The notes under the pieces: generated by a model
Told to the model about the DNA's origin: nothing
The model's database searches: none
Seen by the model: only the letters and a program-made list of their open reading frames with translations
NCBI GenBank assembly: GCA_002762785.1
Contig: PCXY01000003.1
Coordinates: 3,317 to 67,316, forward strand
Direction: 5' to 3'
From: Candidatus Woesearchaeota archaeon CG10_big_fil_rev_8_21_14_0_10_45_16
Lineage (GTDB): Archaea > Nanobdellota > Nanobdellia > Woesearchaeales > GW2011-AR9
DNA: 64,000 nt
Position numbers and translations under genes: made by a program
In this document: positions 8,178-17,905 of the stretch, in pieces
Numbering within the stretch: position 1 is the first letter of the stretch
Layout of the letters: each line of letters starts with the position of its first letter

Positions 8178-9260
8178 ATGGCCTCTGTCCTCGATTATCT
8201 CTCTCAGGGATCGCGTATTTTCTATTCTAGCTTTAAGAGCAGGATCAGACCGAAACAGTACGAAGGTTCAGCTGACCAGATCTGCCACCAGATCGTCAAA
8301 GAATGCTGGAACGGCCGTTTCTTCCAGACATCCACTACCAATTTTCCGCAGTTCTGGACCCGTGATTTCGGCTGGTGTGTACAATCTCTGATCGATCTTA
8401 AGTATGAAAAAGAAGTGCATCAGACCATCCGTTACGCCCTGAACCGTTTCAAGAAGTACAAAAAGATAACTACCACGATCACTCCCGGCGGCAAGCCCTT
8501 TGATTTCCCGACTATGGCCGTGGACTCCTTGCCTTGGTTTATCCATAGCATCCGGGTTTCCAACGCTTCTTACTATTCCTATCGCCATTTCTTGAATGCT
8601 CAGATCAACGCTTATTTTAAGAAGGTCATCAACCCCCAGACTGGGCTGGTGAAACCAGACGTGCATTTCTCTTCCATAAAAGATTTTGCCATCCGCAAGA
8701 GTTCCTGCTATGATAATTGTATGGTAGCCTTGCTGGCAAGGGATCTTTCCCGGCTGAAGCTTGACAATCCTTTCAAGAAATATGATTACTCCGAACTTTT
8801 ACAAAGACATTTCTGGAACGGTCATTATTTTTATGATGACCTTCAGAAAAAACACTATGTCGCTGGCGATGCTAACGTCTTTCCCTTCCTGTTCGGTCTG
8901 GAGCAAGACAAGACCAAAAGGACCGCCGTCCTAAAAGCTTTAGACGATGCTGGCCTCACCAAACCTTTCCCGTTAAAATATACCAATTCCCGTTCCCATG
9001 CCTCGTTTATCTGGCAGGAAGCGTTCATGCGCGATTATGAAAGCGATGCTATCTGGATGCATCTGGGGTTATTGTATGGGAAACTTCTAAAGATGCATGA
9101 TCCGGAAGCGGCAGCAGTCGTCAAGAAAAGGTATCAGGAACTTATCGAGACCTATCATAATTTCCTGGAAGTGTTTGACTCACAAGGGAAACCTTTCAAG
9201 ACTTCTTTCTATCACTGCGATTCGGGGATGCTCTGGGCCGCTAACTATCTTACATTATGA
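8178..9260 (+). CDS. putative (alpha/alpha)6-barrel glycoside hydrolase-like protein
   Basis: 'FWTRDFGW' resembles the W-x-R-D motif of GH15/GH63-type six-hairpin glycosidases. No other motif recognised. Confidence 0.4.
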   Translation: MASVLDYLSQGSRIFYSSFKSRIRPKQYEGSADQICHQIVKECWNGRFFQTSTTNFPQFWTRDFGWCVQSLIDLKYEKEVHQTIRYALNRFKKYKKITTTITPGGKPFDFPTMAVDSLPWFIHSIRVSNASYYSYRHFLNAQINAYFKKVINPQTGLVKPDVHFSSIKDFAIRKSSCYDNCMVALLARDLSRLKLDNPFKKYDYSELLQRHFWNGHYFYDDLQKKHYVAGDANVFPFLFGLEQDKTKRTAVLKALDDAGLTKPFPLKYTNSRSHASFIWQEAFMRDYESDAIWMHLGLLYGKLLKMHDPEAAAVVKKRYQELIETYHNFLEVFDSQGKPFKTSFYHCDSGMLWAANYLTL

Positions 9261-9302
9261 GATTGACATCATGAAACTGATCAACATCACGAAACTAAAA
9301 CT

Positions 9303-9992
9303 ATGAAACCAGCGATATCTGTCATCATCCCGGCTCACAACGAAGAGAACTATATCCGAAAGACCTTGCACAGTCTCAAACAGCAGACATTTCAAGACTT
9401 TGAGACCATCGTCGTCTGTAACGGCTGCAATGACAAGACGGAAGAGATCGTCAGGAGACGTTCTTCCGCCAGGCTTCTATCTCTGTCAAATGCTAACGTT
9501 TCAGTTGCCAGGAATGCCGGTGCGCTCAATTCTACCGGCAGCGTGCTCCTTTTCCTTGACGCCGATACGGTCTTATCACCAGAGACACTGCAGAAAGTCA
9601 ACGAGCAGTTCAACCAGAAATATGCAGTAGCCACGACGAAAGTACGGCCGGATTCTCCTCAGCTAAAGTATCGGGCACTGATGGGTCTTAAGACTATGAT
9701 GCTTTCTACTGGCTTGTTTAAGGGATTCGGGGGCACAGTCATCTGCCGTAAAGAAGATTTTCAGGCAGTCCTGGGCTATGATCCCGATGTGACCGTGAAA
9801 GAACATCACCAGCTGCGGAAGAAGCTTCAGAAGCGGGGGAAATATCTTTGTATCGATTCGCACTCTACTACTTCCATGCGCCGTTTTAATTCCTGGAGCA
9901 TCCCGAAAGCAGCACTTTTCTGGACGAAGCAGCTTGGCCGATATTACCTTGGCGGTGACATGAGAAAAAGCAGCTATGAGAAAGTTCGTTAG
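9303..9992 (+). CDS. family 2 glycosyltransferase
   Basis: 'ISVIIPAHNEENYI' and 'FLDADT' (DxD). Confidence 0.8.
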   Translation: MKPAISVIIPAHNEENYIRKTLHSLKQQTFQDFETIVVCNGCNDKTEEIVRRRSSARLLSLSNANVSVARNAGALNSTGSVLLFLDADTVLSPETLQKVNEQFNQKYAVATTKVRPDSPQLKYRALMGLKTMMLSTGLFKGFGGTVICRKEDFQAVLGYDPDVTVKEHHQLRKKLQKRGKYLCIDSHSTTSMRRFNSWSIPKAALFWTKQLGRYYLGGDMRKSSYEKVR

Positions 9993-10615
9993 CACTCCAA
10001 CGCTTTCTCGCCGCCGTTCAGGCAGGAAACTTTATCATTGATGACCTCGTAAGAATTGATGCTGGGATCATCCACTCTGGCTTTACAGCAGATACTTCTG
10101 GCAGTATTGGCTACCAATAGATCGTAGTTCTCCTGTAAAGATCGCAGTTCTTCTTCGTGCCCGTTAAGCGTCTTCAGGCAACTATCTCTGGCATCGTTGA
10201 CCTCAGCAGTCTTCTTTTCCACTTCCAGCTCCACTTTGGCATCGGCCATGGCCATGATATCTTCTTTCAGGCCGCATGATTCCTCACAGGCAATGGCTTG
10301 TTTTTCTAGGCTCTGCCGTTCTGCTTCGCAGGAAGTGAAATCATCCCTCGCCTGCTGGGCTTCTTTCTGTCTTTCATCGGCAAAATCTTTGGTAAGGGTT
10401 AGCTCCGTGGTAGAAGCAGCTAGCTTTGATTCTAGTTCTTGGACATTTGCGGTATATCCTTCCAGCGACAGACCAGAATCCTCTACCTTTTGATAGACTC
10501 CGTAGCCGATGATGCCTGGTCTTACGATCAGGATGATGAACAGGAATAAGATCACGGCAGCGATCGTAAGGTAAGTCGTGTTCAGCCTTTTTTTTGGGAC
10601 AGCAGATTCTTCCAT
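9989..10615 (-). CDS. N-terminally anchored coiled-coil protein with Cys-rich C-terminus
   Basis: TM 'YLTIAAVILFLFIILIV', then a heptad-like acidic region and 6-7 Cys. Confidence 0.5.
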   Translation of the reverse strand: MEESAVPKKRLNTTYLTIAAVILFLFIILIVRPGIIGYGVYQKVEDSGLSLEGYTANVQELESKLAASTTELTLTKDFADERQKEAQQARDDFTSCEAERQSLEKQAIACEESCGLKEDIMAMADAKVELEVEKKTAEVNDARDSCLKTLNGHEEELRSLQENYDLLVANTARSICCKARVDDPSINSYEVINDKVSCLNGGEKALEC

Positions 10616-10742
10616 GCTTTCTGGAGAAATATTTTTACATTTTTAAATATGACTCTTTTATGAGCTACCAATTTATACCTAAAGATGATCTTAACTCTTT
10701 TAGGGATACCTTTTTAAGAATAAACTATTTTCTGATTATCAT

Positions 10743-11294
10743 ATGATCATCACTATCTCCGGTCCTATCGGCAGCGGCAAAAGTTCCGTCGCCAAGCTGC
10801 TGGCCAAGAAACTGAAGTATAAACATCATTCTACTGGTGACCTGATGCGCCAGATGGCTAAAGAAAAGAAGATGACCCTGGAACAATTGGGCGACTTGGC
10901 TGCTAAAGATTTCTCTATTGACCAAGAGCTGGACGAACGGCAGAAACAGCTGGGCAAAAAAGAAGATAATTTTGTGATCGATGGTCGGTTAAGCTTCCAT
11001 TTCATCCCACAATCATTAAAGATCTATCTTGATGCTGATCCTACTGTAAGAGCAAAGCGGGTCTTCCAGGATCTTAAGAACCGTCCCGAGGAAGCTGAAA
11101 CTTCTTTAGAGAAAGTCCTGGCCAAGATCAAGAAACGGCAGAAGATCGAAATCAAGCGCTATCTTAAATATTATCAGTTGGACCATACTGACAAACGTCA
11201 TTATGATCTCCTTCTGGACACATCGGAGATGCCAGTGGCAGAGGTAGTGGACACAATTATCCGGTTTGTTAAAAACAGGCTCTGTAGAAAATGA
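10743..11294 (+). CDS. cmk: archaeal-type cytidylate (CMP) kinase
   Basis: P-loop 'ISGPIGSGKSS', 'IDGRLS', 'LDADPTVRAKRV'. The ~180-aa size is typical of archaeal cmk. Confidence 0.75.
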   Translation: MIITISGPIGSGKSSVAKLLAKKLKYKHHSTGDLMRQMAKEKKMTLEQLGDLAAKDFSIDQELDERQKQLGKKEDNFVIDGRLSFHFIPQSLKIYLDADPTVRAKRVFQDLKNRPEEAETSLEKVLAKIKKRQKIEIKRYLKYYQLDHTDKRHYDLLLDTSEMPVAEVVDTIIRFVKNRLCRK

Positions 11295-11323
11295 AAGGTC
11301 ACCGCCTCTGTACGAGCAGTAGT

Positions 11324-11344
11324 GTCTCCACGAAGAGACTTTTT
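11324..11344 (+). terminator. hairpin GTCTC-CACGAA-GAGAC followed by T5
   Basis: 30 nt downstream of the cmk stop, read directly. Confidence 0.4.
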
Positions 11345-11367
11345 ACGGAGCATTAAAAACAACAAAA

Positions 11368-11375
11368 CTTATAAA
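11368..11375 (+). promoter_or_regulatory. TATA box CTTATAAA for the FKBP gene
   Basis: 24 nt upstream of the ATG at 11400. Confidence 0.5.
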
Positions 11376-11399
11376 CTCCCTTCAAAAAGAACCTAGCAG

Positions 11400-12059
11400 A
11401 TGGCAGAGACAGTAAAAAACCATGATTTTATCGAACTTGATTATACTGGCCGGTTGATAGACGGCACCGTCTTCGACACCACCGTGGCTTCTGAAGCTAA
11501 AGATCTGGGTAAGCGTGACTTCAAGCCGGTCATCATCTGCGTCGGTGAAAAACAGCTTCTTCCAGGCCTTGATGGCGCGTTGGTCGATAAAGAAACTGGC
11601 AAGAAAGTTTCCATCACCCTTTCTCCTGAACAGGCTTTTGGCAAGAGAGACGTCAAGAAGATGAAGATCGTCCCGATGGGGGCTTTCCAGGAACACAAAG
11701 TACGGCCAGAACCCGGTCTGCAGATCAACATCGACGGCGAGTTAGGGACCATCACCAGAGTTTCCGGAGGCCGTGTCATCGTCAATTTCAATCATCCACT
11801 TGCAGGAAGAGAGGTGGTTTATGAGGTGTTTATCCATCGTAGGATCACTGATGCGAAGGAACAGATCACCTCTTTCCTGCAAACAACCTTTAATCTCCCT
11901 AAAGGGGCTGTCAAAGTAGAGATAACTGGAGAAAAAGCTTCAGTGGAACTGCCGATGGTCCTTCCAGAACCATTATTAGAAGTGATCAGGAAAAAACTGT
12001 CTGAACTTACCGTCTGCAAGGAAGTTGTTCTCAGCTGCAAGTCCCCAGAAAAGAAGTAG
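11400..12059 (+). CDS. FKBP-type peptidyl-prolyl cis-trans isomerase (long archaeal/SlyD-like type)
   Basis: 'DYTGRLIDGTVFDTT' and 'NHPLAGREVVYEV'. Confidence 0.8.
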   Translation: MAETVKNHDFIELDYTGRLIDGTVFDTTVASEAKDLGKRDFKPVIICVGEKQLLPGLDGALVDKETGKKVSITLSPEQAFGKRDVKKMKIVPMGAFQEHKVRPEPGLQINIDGELGTITRVSGGRVIVNFNHPLAGREVVYEVFIHRRITDAKEQITSFLQTTFNLPKGAVKVEITGEKASVELPMVLPEPLLEVIRKKLSELTVCKEVVLSCKSPEKK

Positions 12060-12139
12060 GGTTCTTAACCCGTCTTTTACAGATTAATAATCTTTATATA
12101 TCTCTTTTTTTACCCATCACTAAAAAGGGTTGAGGGGCT

Positions 12140-13270
12140 ATGGATACATACATTCAAGAACAGTCAAGGGTTTCTTCTGCACCGTCGGTAGTCTCTCCTG
12201 AGATCAGCCACAAGAAAGCCAACGTGGATGTCGATGAAGAGTTAGAGCGGATGATCGCTAAGCATAAGACCCGCATCAAAGTGGTCGGCTGCGGTGGAGC
12301 TGGCAACAATACTGTCAATCGCATGACTCAAGTAGGTATCAAAGGTATCGAGACTATCGCTATCAACACTGACGCTCAAGACTTACTATATACCTCCTGT
12401 GACAAGAAACTTCTTATCGGTAAAGAGCTTACTCAAGGTCTGGGAGCTGGCTCCAATCCCAAGATCGGTGAGGAATCAGCTAAAGAAAATGAGACCGACC
12501 TTAAGAAACTGATCGAAGGATCAGATATGGTCTTTATCACCTGCGGCCTGGGCGGCGGTACCGGGACCGGCAGCGCTCCTTTCCTGGCTGGTCTGGCCAA
12601 AAAGATGGGCATACTTAGTGTGGCTATCGTTACCATCCCCTTCACCATGGAAGGCTCCCACCGTTTTGAGAATGCCATGGTCGGTCTGGAGAAGCTGGAA
12701 CAGACTGTCAACACTCTTATCGTCATCCCTAACGAGAAACTCTTGGAACTGGCGCCGCATCTGCCGTTGCAGACTGCTTTCAAAGTCGCTGATGAGATCC
12801 TTACCAATTCTGTCAAAGGGATAGCTGAGCTGGTCACTAAGACGGGCCTGGTCAACCTTGATTTCGCTGATGTCAAAGCTATCATGAGTGAGGGTGGTGT
12901 GGCCATGATCGGCGTCGGCGAGTCTGATTCCGAGAACCGGGCAGCTGAATCGGTCGAGAAAGCGTTGTCCAATCCTCTTATCGATGTTGACATTGGCGAG
13001 GCCACCGGAGCTTTGATCAACATCTCTGGCGGTGAAGGGCTAACTCTGGATGATTCCCGTAAGATCGTACAGCGTGTCGCTGAAAGCCTGGACAGCCATG
13101 CCAAGATAATTTGGGGCGCGCAGATCTATAAAGACCTGGAGAATACTATCCGCACCATGGTCATCATCACTGGCGTCCATTCTGACCAGATCTTCGGCGA
13201 AGGCAACAAATATTTTGACAAGAAGAAGTCAGCCATGAAAGATGAGCTGGGTATCGAGTTCATGAATTGA
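12140..13270 (+). CDS. ftsZ: cell division GTPase FtsZ
   Basis: 'GCGGAGNN' and tubulin signature 'GLGGGTGTGSAP'. Confidence 0.95.
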   Translation: MDTYIQEQSRVSSAPSVVSPEISHKKANVDVDEELERMIAKHKTRIKVVGCGGAGNNTVNRMTQVGIKGIETIAINTDAQDLLYTSCDKKLLIGKELTQGLGAGSNPKIGEESAKENETDLKKLIEGSDMVFITCGLGGGTGTGSAPFLAGLAKKMGILSVAIVTIPFTMEGSHRFENAMVGLEKLEQTVNTLIVIPNEKLLELAPHLPLQTAFKVADEILTNSVKGIAELVTKTGLVNLDFADVKAIMSEGGVAMIGVGESDSENRAAESVEKALSNPLIDVDIGEATGALINISGGEGLTLDDSRKIVQRVAESLDSHAKIIWGAQIYKDLENTIRTMVIITGVHSDQIFGEGNKYFDKKKSAMKDELGIEFMN

Positions 13271-13318
13271 GGTTTTGATCCAGGTTAAGTAATAATCTTT
13301 AGTTGTAAGCCTAATTTG

Positions 13319-14179
13319 TCAGTTTACTGAAAACCATTTTCGAAAGAAAAAGATCATTTTTAGAATGGTGTTCTCTGTTTTTTTTTCTTCAAGTGGTTCA
13401 TTTCTTTTGTCTTTTATAACTTCTTTAAATGATGATTCATCATATTTATCTTCTATTACCTCTTCTTGTTGTGATTCTTCTCTTTCCATGCAATTAAGCT
13501 TCGAATAAAGATAATGTTCACCAATACATCTTGGATAAGTGGCTTTGATCATAGATACAGGAGAACCACTGGTAGTTTCTAATAAATATGAACCATTCTC
13601 TCTTTCTTGGAGAAAAACACTATTTAGTCCAGTTGAGATCATCACATTTTTTTGATATTTGAGAGATTGCGATGAGTTTTGTTTCTGAAATTGAAATTCT
13701 ATGTCCTCGATAGAGGTTCCTTTTCCGGTTAAAGTAAATTCTACTGTAACTTTATCTTTTTTATAAGAACAATTTTGAATATTTAATTCAACAAGTTTGC
13801 AACTAAATTTTAAACCAGGACATTCGACTGTTTTATTGCCGTTTTTAGGATCGAAAACAGCATAGGTTCCAGCGTCGCTAATCTCCGCTTCTTCTGAAGT
13901 AAAAGTTGTTCCCTTCCATTCTCCCGTCACAGTAAAGTTAATCCCATCTTCTTTTTCAATAACTACTGGGTTTATTGGTGGCCTTTGTTTAAATGTAAGT
14001 TGTCCAGTATCAAGGCATTTTAGCCCATAAAAATATGGTCCATCTCCTCCACCCCCGGAGGAATCCCTGGAGTATGTTCCACCGGTTGCACCGCCCCCTG
14101 CAGCTGGAGCGCTAACAAAACTAGCGGCGAGAACAAGAAACACGAGACACACAAGATACAGTGATATCTTTCTATTCAT
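13319..14179 (-). CDS. secreted hypothetical protein
   Basis: Signal peptide 'ISLYLVCLVFLVLAASFVSA', then a Gly-rich linker. No recognisable domain. Confidence 0.5.
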   Translation of the reverse strand: MNRKISLYLVCLVFLVLAASFVSAPAAGGGATGGTYSRDSSGGGGDGPYFYGLKCLDTGQLTFKQRPPINPVVIEKEDGINFTVTGEWKGTTFTSEEAEISDAGTYAVFDPKNGNKTVECPGLKFSCKLVELNIQNCSYKKDKVTVEFTLTGKGTSIEDIEFQFQKQNSSQSLKYQKNVMISTGLNSVFLQERENGSYLLETTSGSPVSMIKATYPRCIGEHYLYSKLNCMEREESQQEEVIEDKYDESSFKEVIKDKRNEPLEEKKTENTILKMIFFFRKWFSVN

Positions 14180-14379
14180 TTTCAGGAGTTAATCTTTTTA
14201 ATGAAGAAATAGTTATAGTTTATATAATCTCTTTACCAAAACTCTTTTTGTAACTATTAATTTAAAAGACAGTGCTGTTATGATAGTTCTCTAATCTCGA
14301 TCTGGAAACCGTTTTTTATCTTGAATAAATTACAATAGATACTAATAAAAATATAATAGAAACAATAAAAACAAGAAAC

Positions 14380-14598
14380 TCACTCTTTCTTCTTGTATTC
14401 GGTATATCCTGTCTTGCCGCAGACTAATCTGTCTTTGTGGTTAGCCAGGAAATCGCCGGGTGACTTTGGTGAGAACTTGTTCTTGCGGACGATCTTATCG
14501 CCTTCAACTGAATATAATTTCCATAATTGGCTTGGCCTCTTGGGTTTACTCTGCTTCTTTCCCTGTGGTCCGCCTTTTCCGCCTTTCTTTGCTGCCAT
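14380..14598 (-). CDS. rps27ae: ribosomal protein eS31 (S27ae) with degenerate zinc ribbon
   Basis: 'WKLYSVEGDKIVRKNKFSPKSPGDFLANHKDRLVCGKTGYTEY' aligns to the archaeal S27ae core. Only one of the four usual Cys remains. Adjacent to rps24e as in other archaea. Confidence 0.8.
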   Translation of the reverse strand: MAAKKGGKGGPQGKKQSKPKRPSQLWKLYSVEGDKIVRKNKFSPKSPGDFLANHKDRLVCGKTGYTEYKKKE

Positions 14599-14600
14599 TC

Positions 14601-14996
14601 TTATTCACCCTCTTTGTTCTCTTCAGCAGGTTTTTCAGCCGCTTTCTGCGCTTCTTCTTTTGCCTTTGCTTCCGCTTCAGCCTTGGCCTTAGCTTCTTCA
14701 TCAGCTTTCTTCTTCTGTTCTTCAGCTTTCTTGCGGAGATGCTTGGTCATCTTCTCCGCTTTGTTTTTCGCTTCCAGGGTTGCATAGACATTTGCATCAA
14801 CTGTCGCTTCCTGCTTGCTAAACTGGGTGTGGATCCTCTTTACGACGACCTGTCCGGGCTGACAGCTCATCTGTTTGCTGATAGCAGCCGCCACGTCAGC
14901 ATTGCTGGGGGTAGCGCCTTCAAAACTGACTGCGCCTTTAACTTCTGTCCGCTTTAATAAGCTGTTTTCATGTTTGTCTTGGATTGTTACCTGCAT
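14601..14996 (-). CDS. rps24e: ribosomal protein eS24 with a K/A/E-rich C-terminal extension
   Basis: 'ENSLLKRTEVKGAVSFEGATPS' N-terminal S24e core plus conserved gene order. Confidence 0.85.
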   Translation of the reverse strand: MQVTIQDKHENSLLKRTEVKGAVSFEGATPSNADVAAAISKQMSCQPGQVVVKRIHTQFSKQEATVDANVYATLEAKNKAEKMTKHLRKKAEEQKKKADEEAKAKAEAEAKAKEEAQKAAEKPAEENKEGE

Positions 14997-15004
14997 CGTG
15001 CCAC

Positions 15005-15187
15005 CTACTGTACCTTTATGGCGTATTCGCCGCTTTCTTCTATGTTAAGCTCTTTAGCTATCATGGATTCTTTAGGATCAGTAATGTATATCCTTCCTTT
15101 CCAGTTGTCAGTCACGGCATCGCTGCCGGCTTCATCCTTGCTTTCGATGAATTTCTTGGTCCGTTTGTTTACTAGACGTCGTGCCAT
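15005..15187 (-). CDS. spt4: transcription elongation factor Spt4 (RpoE''), cysteine-free
   Basis: 'WKGRIYITDPKESMIAKELNIEESGEYAIKV' matches the Spt4 C-terminal half. Sits immediately downstream of rpoE'. No Cys anywhere in the 60 aa. Confidence 0.7.
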   Translation of the reverse strand: MARRLVNKRTKKFIESKDEAGSDAVTDNWKGRIYITDPKESMIAKELNIEESGEYAIKVQ

Positions 15188-15188
15188 T

Positions 15189-15746
15189 TTATTCTTTGTC
15201 TCCTGGTGCTGGAGTTGGGGCTTCCTGGAGCCAGTCTACTTTGCCCAGGCCTTCCTGCCTCATGGTCAAGCCAATCTTTGGATTATTAAGATCTTTATAA
15301 CTGACGGCGATGATCCTGGCCCGGCATCTATCTCCTACTTTCAGCGATTTGCCGGACTTCTTGCCTTGCAGTACCTTTTCTTTGCTAAAAGAGACGAAAT
15401 CATCCATGCTCTGTGAGATGTGGACCATCCCTTCAACACCGCCGATGTCCATGAACGCCCCGAAATCAGTGATATCTCTTACTTTTCCGTAGACGATCTC
15501 ATTCATCTCAGGCTTGTAAGCCAATAATTCGAATTCAGTCTCATAGAACCCCGCTCCGTCACCGGGAACGATAACTCCTTCTTTGATCTCCCCGACGTCG
15601 ATGACATTGACGACAAAGCCGATCTCTTTGGAGATAAAATTCTCATAAGTGGTCTTGATATTTTCCAGCACAGCCTCCTTCTTAGTAAGGTTAAACATGC
15701 TTGGTGGTACTCTTATATGATCTTTGACTTTGACACGGTAGAACAT
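15189..15746 (-). CDS. rpoE: DNA-directed RNA polymerase subunit E' (Rpo7)
   Basis: 'MFYRVKVKDHIRVPP' N-terminus and S1 domain 'GKVRDITDFGAFMDIG'. Confidence 0.9.
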   Translation of the reverse strand: MFYRVKVKDHIRVPPSMFNLTKKEAVLENIKTTYENFISKEIGFVVNVIDVGEIKEGVIVPGDGAGFYETEFELLAYKPEMNEIVYGKVRDITDFGAFMDIGGVEGMVHISQSMDDFVSFSKEKVLQGKKSGKSLKVGDRCRARIIAVSYKDLNNPKIGLTMRQEGLGKVDWLQEAPTPAPGDKE

Positions 15747-15858
15747 CTTGTAATTCCTCCCTGGGCCTGATATAAGCGTATTTTCTGCCTCAGTTTATAA
15801 AGGTTTCTGAAGTGAAGGGGTTAAGTCTTCTGGCTACCCCACCAGCAAAATCTTTATA

Positions 15859-16335
15859 TTGATTCTCGGCCCCGGTTTTTCTATGAGGATCCAGCCCAAA
15901 GATATCCAGGAAGCCATGAGGAAGATCATGCGATATCATCGAGAGCAAGGGGCCGGCTATACTGAGCTTCTCAAGTACAAGACTTCGTTTGACAAGCTGG
16001 CTGACGAAATCTATCGCACGGAGATGCTTCTTGGCAAGGATCAGAGCTTCAAGAAAAGACAAGCGTACGAGGATGCCGTCAAATGCGGCAATATCTTCTT
16101 TGAGGACAAAGAGTTCAAGAAAGCCAGAGCCTATTTTGAGAGAGCGTTGAAACTTTTTCCGGAAGAAAATTATCCCCATTCCAAGATGAAAGAGATAGAC
16201 GTAATGTTGAAAAAGAATATTGATAGGCAGGAAAAAGACGCGGTTGACGAAAAAGATGAGAAAGAGATTATTGAGAGCCAGGTCAAGATGATCAAAGCGT
16301 TCAAGATGAACAATCCATTGTGGGATGTCAAATGA
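15859..16335 (+). CDS. hypothetical protein with a TPR-like helix pair
   Basis: 'FKKARAYFERALKLFPEN'. Chosen over the antisense ORF 15790..16179 on composition. The true start may be an internal Met. Confidence 0.45.
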   Translation: MILGPGFSMRIQPKDIQEAMRKIMRYHREQGAGYTELLKYKTSFDKLADEIYRTEMLLGKDQSFKKRQAYEDAVKCGNIFFEDKEFKKARAYFERALKLFPEENYPHSKMKEIDVMLKKNIDRQEKDAVDEKDEKEIIESQVKMIKAFKMNNPLWDVK

Positions 16336-17042
16336 AACCGATGCTATTTTATGACAAGAAACAGGAAGTGTACTTTTTCATAGCTGATGAGCCTGTCCAT
16401 TGCTACTCCTGCCGTTCTCAGATCACCGCTAACCTCGTCTACCAAACTATCTGGAGGAAGAGCAGCGAGCAGATCAGGACCTACTGCCTGCGCTGCCTGG
16501 ACCGGATCACGGTCTTAGGCGACACTGACGAGTTCAAGATGTGCGTGGTCTCTTCAAGACAGCCGTCGGAAGCTCTCCCGGTCTTTGAACGTAGGCCGCC
16601 GCTGGGTGGAAAAGGCGACTGCAACACTTTTAACGTCATCCAGATCATGAAAGGTTCTGATGCTGAGGTAGATGACCAAACTTTCATTTCCCGTGATCCT
16701 AACCAGTCGATGATGCTTGATTTTGAGAGAAACATCTTACAATTTCAGAAAAGAGACGAATCTTTGGGTGTTTCTGCTTTTATCATCCAGGATATCCAAA
16801 AAGATGAAAACCTTAGCAAGCTGCCGGTAGAGGATGAATTGCAGAAAGTTGCTAACAAAGTCGGCAAGAAAAAAAAACCGGTGGAAAGACCACGGGTATA
16901 TGAACAGTCCTCGCCTGCTATTGATACAAAACAAGAATTGGAGATATTGGATGCTTTCTTCAAAGCCACGTTAAATTCTAAATTGCTGCTGCCGGAACAT
17001 GAGAAACCGCTTCTTACCAACGACAGCGAAGAAGAGATGTGA
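16332..17042 (+). CDS. hypothetical protein with N-terminal CxxC...CxxC zinc-ribbon-like motif
   Basis: 'HCYSCRS...YCLRCLD'. The ATG at 16332 forms an ATGA overlap with the upstream stop (ORF track start 16320). Confidence 0.5.
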   Translation: MKPMLFYDKKQEVYFFIADEPVHCYSCRSQITANLVYQTIWRKSSEQIRTYCLRCLDRITVLGDTDEFKMCVVSSRQPSEALPVFERRPPLGGKGDCNTFNVIQIMKGSDAEVDDQTFISRDPNQSMMLDFERNILQFQKRDESLGVSAFIIQDIQKDENLSKLPVEDELQKVANKVGKKKKPVERPRVYEQSSPAIDTKQELEILDAFFKATLNSKLLLPEHEKPLLTNDSEEEM

Positions 17043-17060
17043 GATCCCTAAAGAAGAATC

Positions 17061-17068
17061 TTTATAAA
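17061..17068 (+). promoter_or_regulatory. TATA box TTTATAAA
   Basis: 22 nt upstream of the ATG at 17091. Confidence 0.55.
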
Positions 17069-17090
17069 CACTCTTTGTTTAATCCTTCAG

Positions 17091-17666
17091 ATGGAACTAC
17101 GTGAGCTGAAAAAAGAGGTACAGGGCTTGCCTTCCGCCAGCCAGACTGTCGCTTCTTTACAGCAGGAATGGTTAAGACCGATCCGCTCTAACAGCAACCC
17201 TGAACTGCCTTCTTTAAAAGATCTTTCTGAGGAGCAAAGGAAAGAGATCAACGATAAGCTGCAGATATGGCGACGTCTTGCCGGGGATCTGCAATCTTCA
17301 GCCGTCTCCCAGAAATTACAGCATTATTCCCGCTACCTCATCGAGCTGGCTTTGACTTCTCTCCGCAGCGATGGGAAAAAAGCCAAGATGATCACCAACC
17401 ATCTTCTGAATGACGACTACCTCAACCTTTCTCAGACTATCACTGACGTACAGGTTTTTGAGAACAACGTCAAGGCTTTATCACAGATTCATAAAGAGAT
17501 CACTGAACTACTCAACGGTTCTCTTTCTCTGGAAGAAGCTGTCTTGTTCATGGACAAACCACACCAGAAACACTTGCAGCAGCTGCAGGATATCGCTGAA
17601 AAACAGAAATCGCTGGTCAAAGACATCGGCGCTAATCTTATCAAGCTGGCTGCGGAGGACAGCTGA
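17091..17666 (+). CDS. hypothetical helical protein
   Basis: ORF with its own TATA. No recognisable domain. Confidence 0.5.
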   Translation: MELRELKKEVQGLPSASQTVASLQQEWLRPIRSNSNPELPSLKDLSEEQRKEINDKLQIWRRLAGDLQSSAVSQKLQHYSRYLIELALTSLRSDGKKAKMITNHLLNDDYLNLSQTITDVQVFENNVKALSQIHKEITELLNGSLSLEEAVLFMDKPHQKHLQQLQDIAEKQKSLVKDIGANLIKLAAEDS

Positions 17667-17905
17667 TGGCATTTGAACTGGCGATCGGTATCGTTGGGAT
17701 CTCGTTCATCCTGGCGGCGTTCATCCTTGACGAGTTTCTTAAGACCTGGAACCAGAACACGATAAGATATAACTTGTTTAACATTGTCGGCGCTGCTTTC
17801 CTGGTCTGGTATGCTTATCTTCTCAATTCTTGGCCGTTTATGGTCCTTAACGGCGTGTGGTTCCTCGCAGCCATGATCAAGCTATATGAGATCTTGAAGA
17901 AGTGA
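17666..17905 (+). CDS. small 3-TM membrane protein
   Basis: 79 aa with three hydrophobic helices. The start overlaps the upstream stop. Confidence 0.5.
   Translation: MAFELAIGIVGISFILAAFILDEFLKTWNQNTIRYNLFNIVGAAFLVWYAYLLNSWPFMVLNGVWFLAAMIKLYEILKK

Noticed and set aside
12433-13104. 223-aa antisense ORF inside ftsZ
   Set aside because: It is a shadow ORF opposite a confidently identified gene, with Pro/Ser/Arg-rich composition typical of antisense frames.
14393-14957. Plus-strand ORFs of 99, 165 and 86 aa across the rps27ae/rps24e region
   Set aside because: They are antisense to two ribosomal protein genes, with low-complexity F/L/S-rich products.
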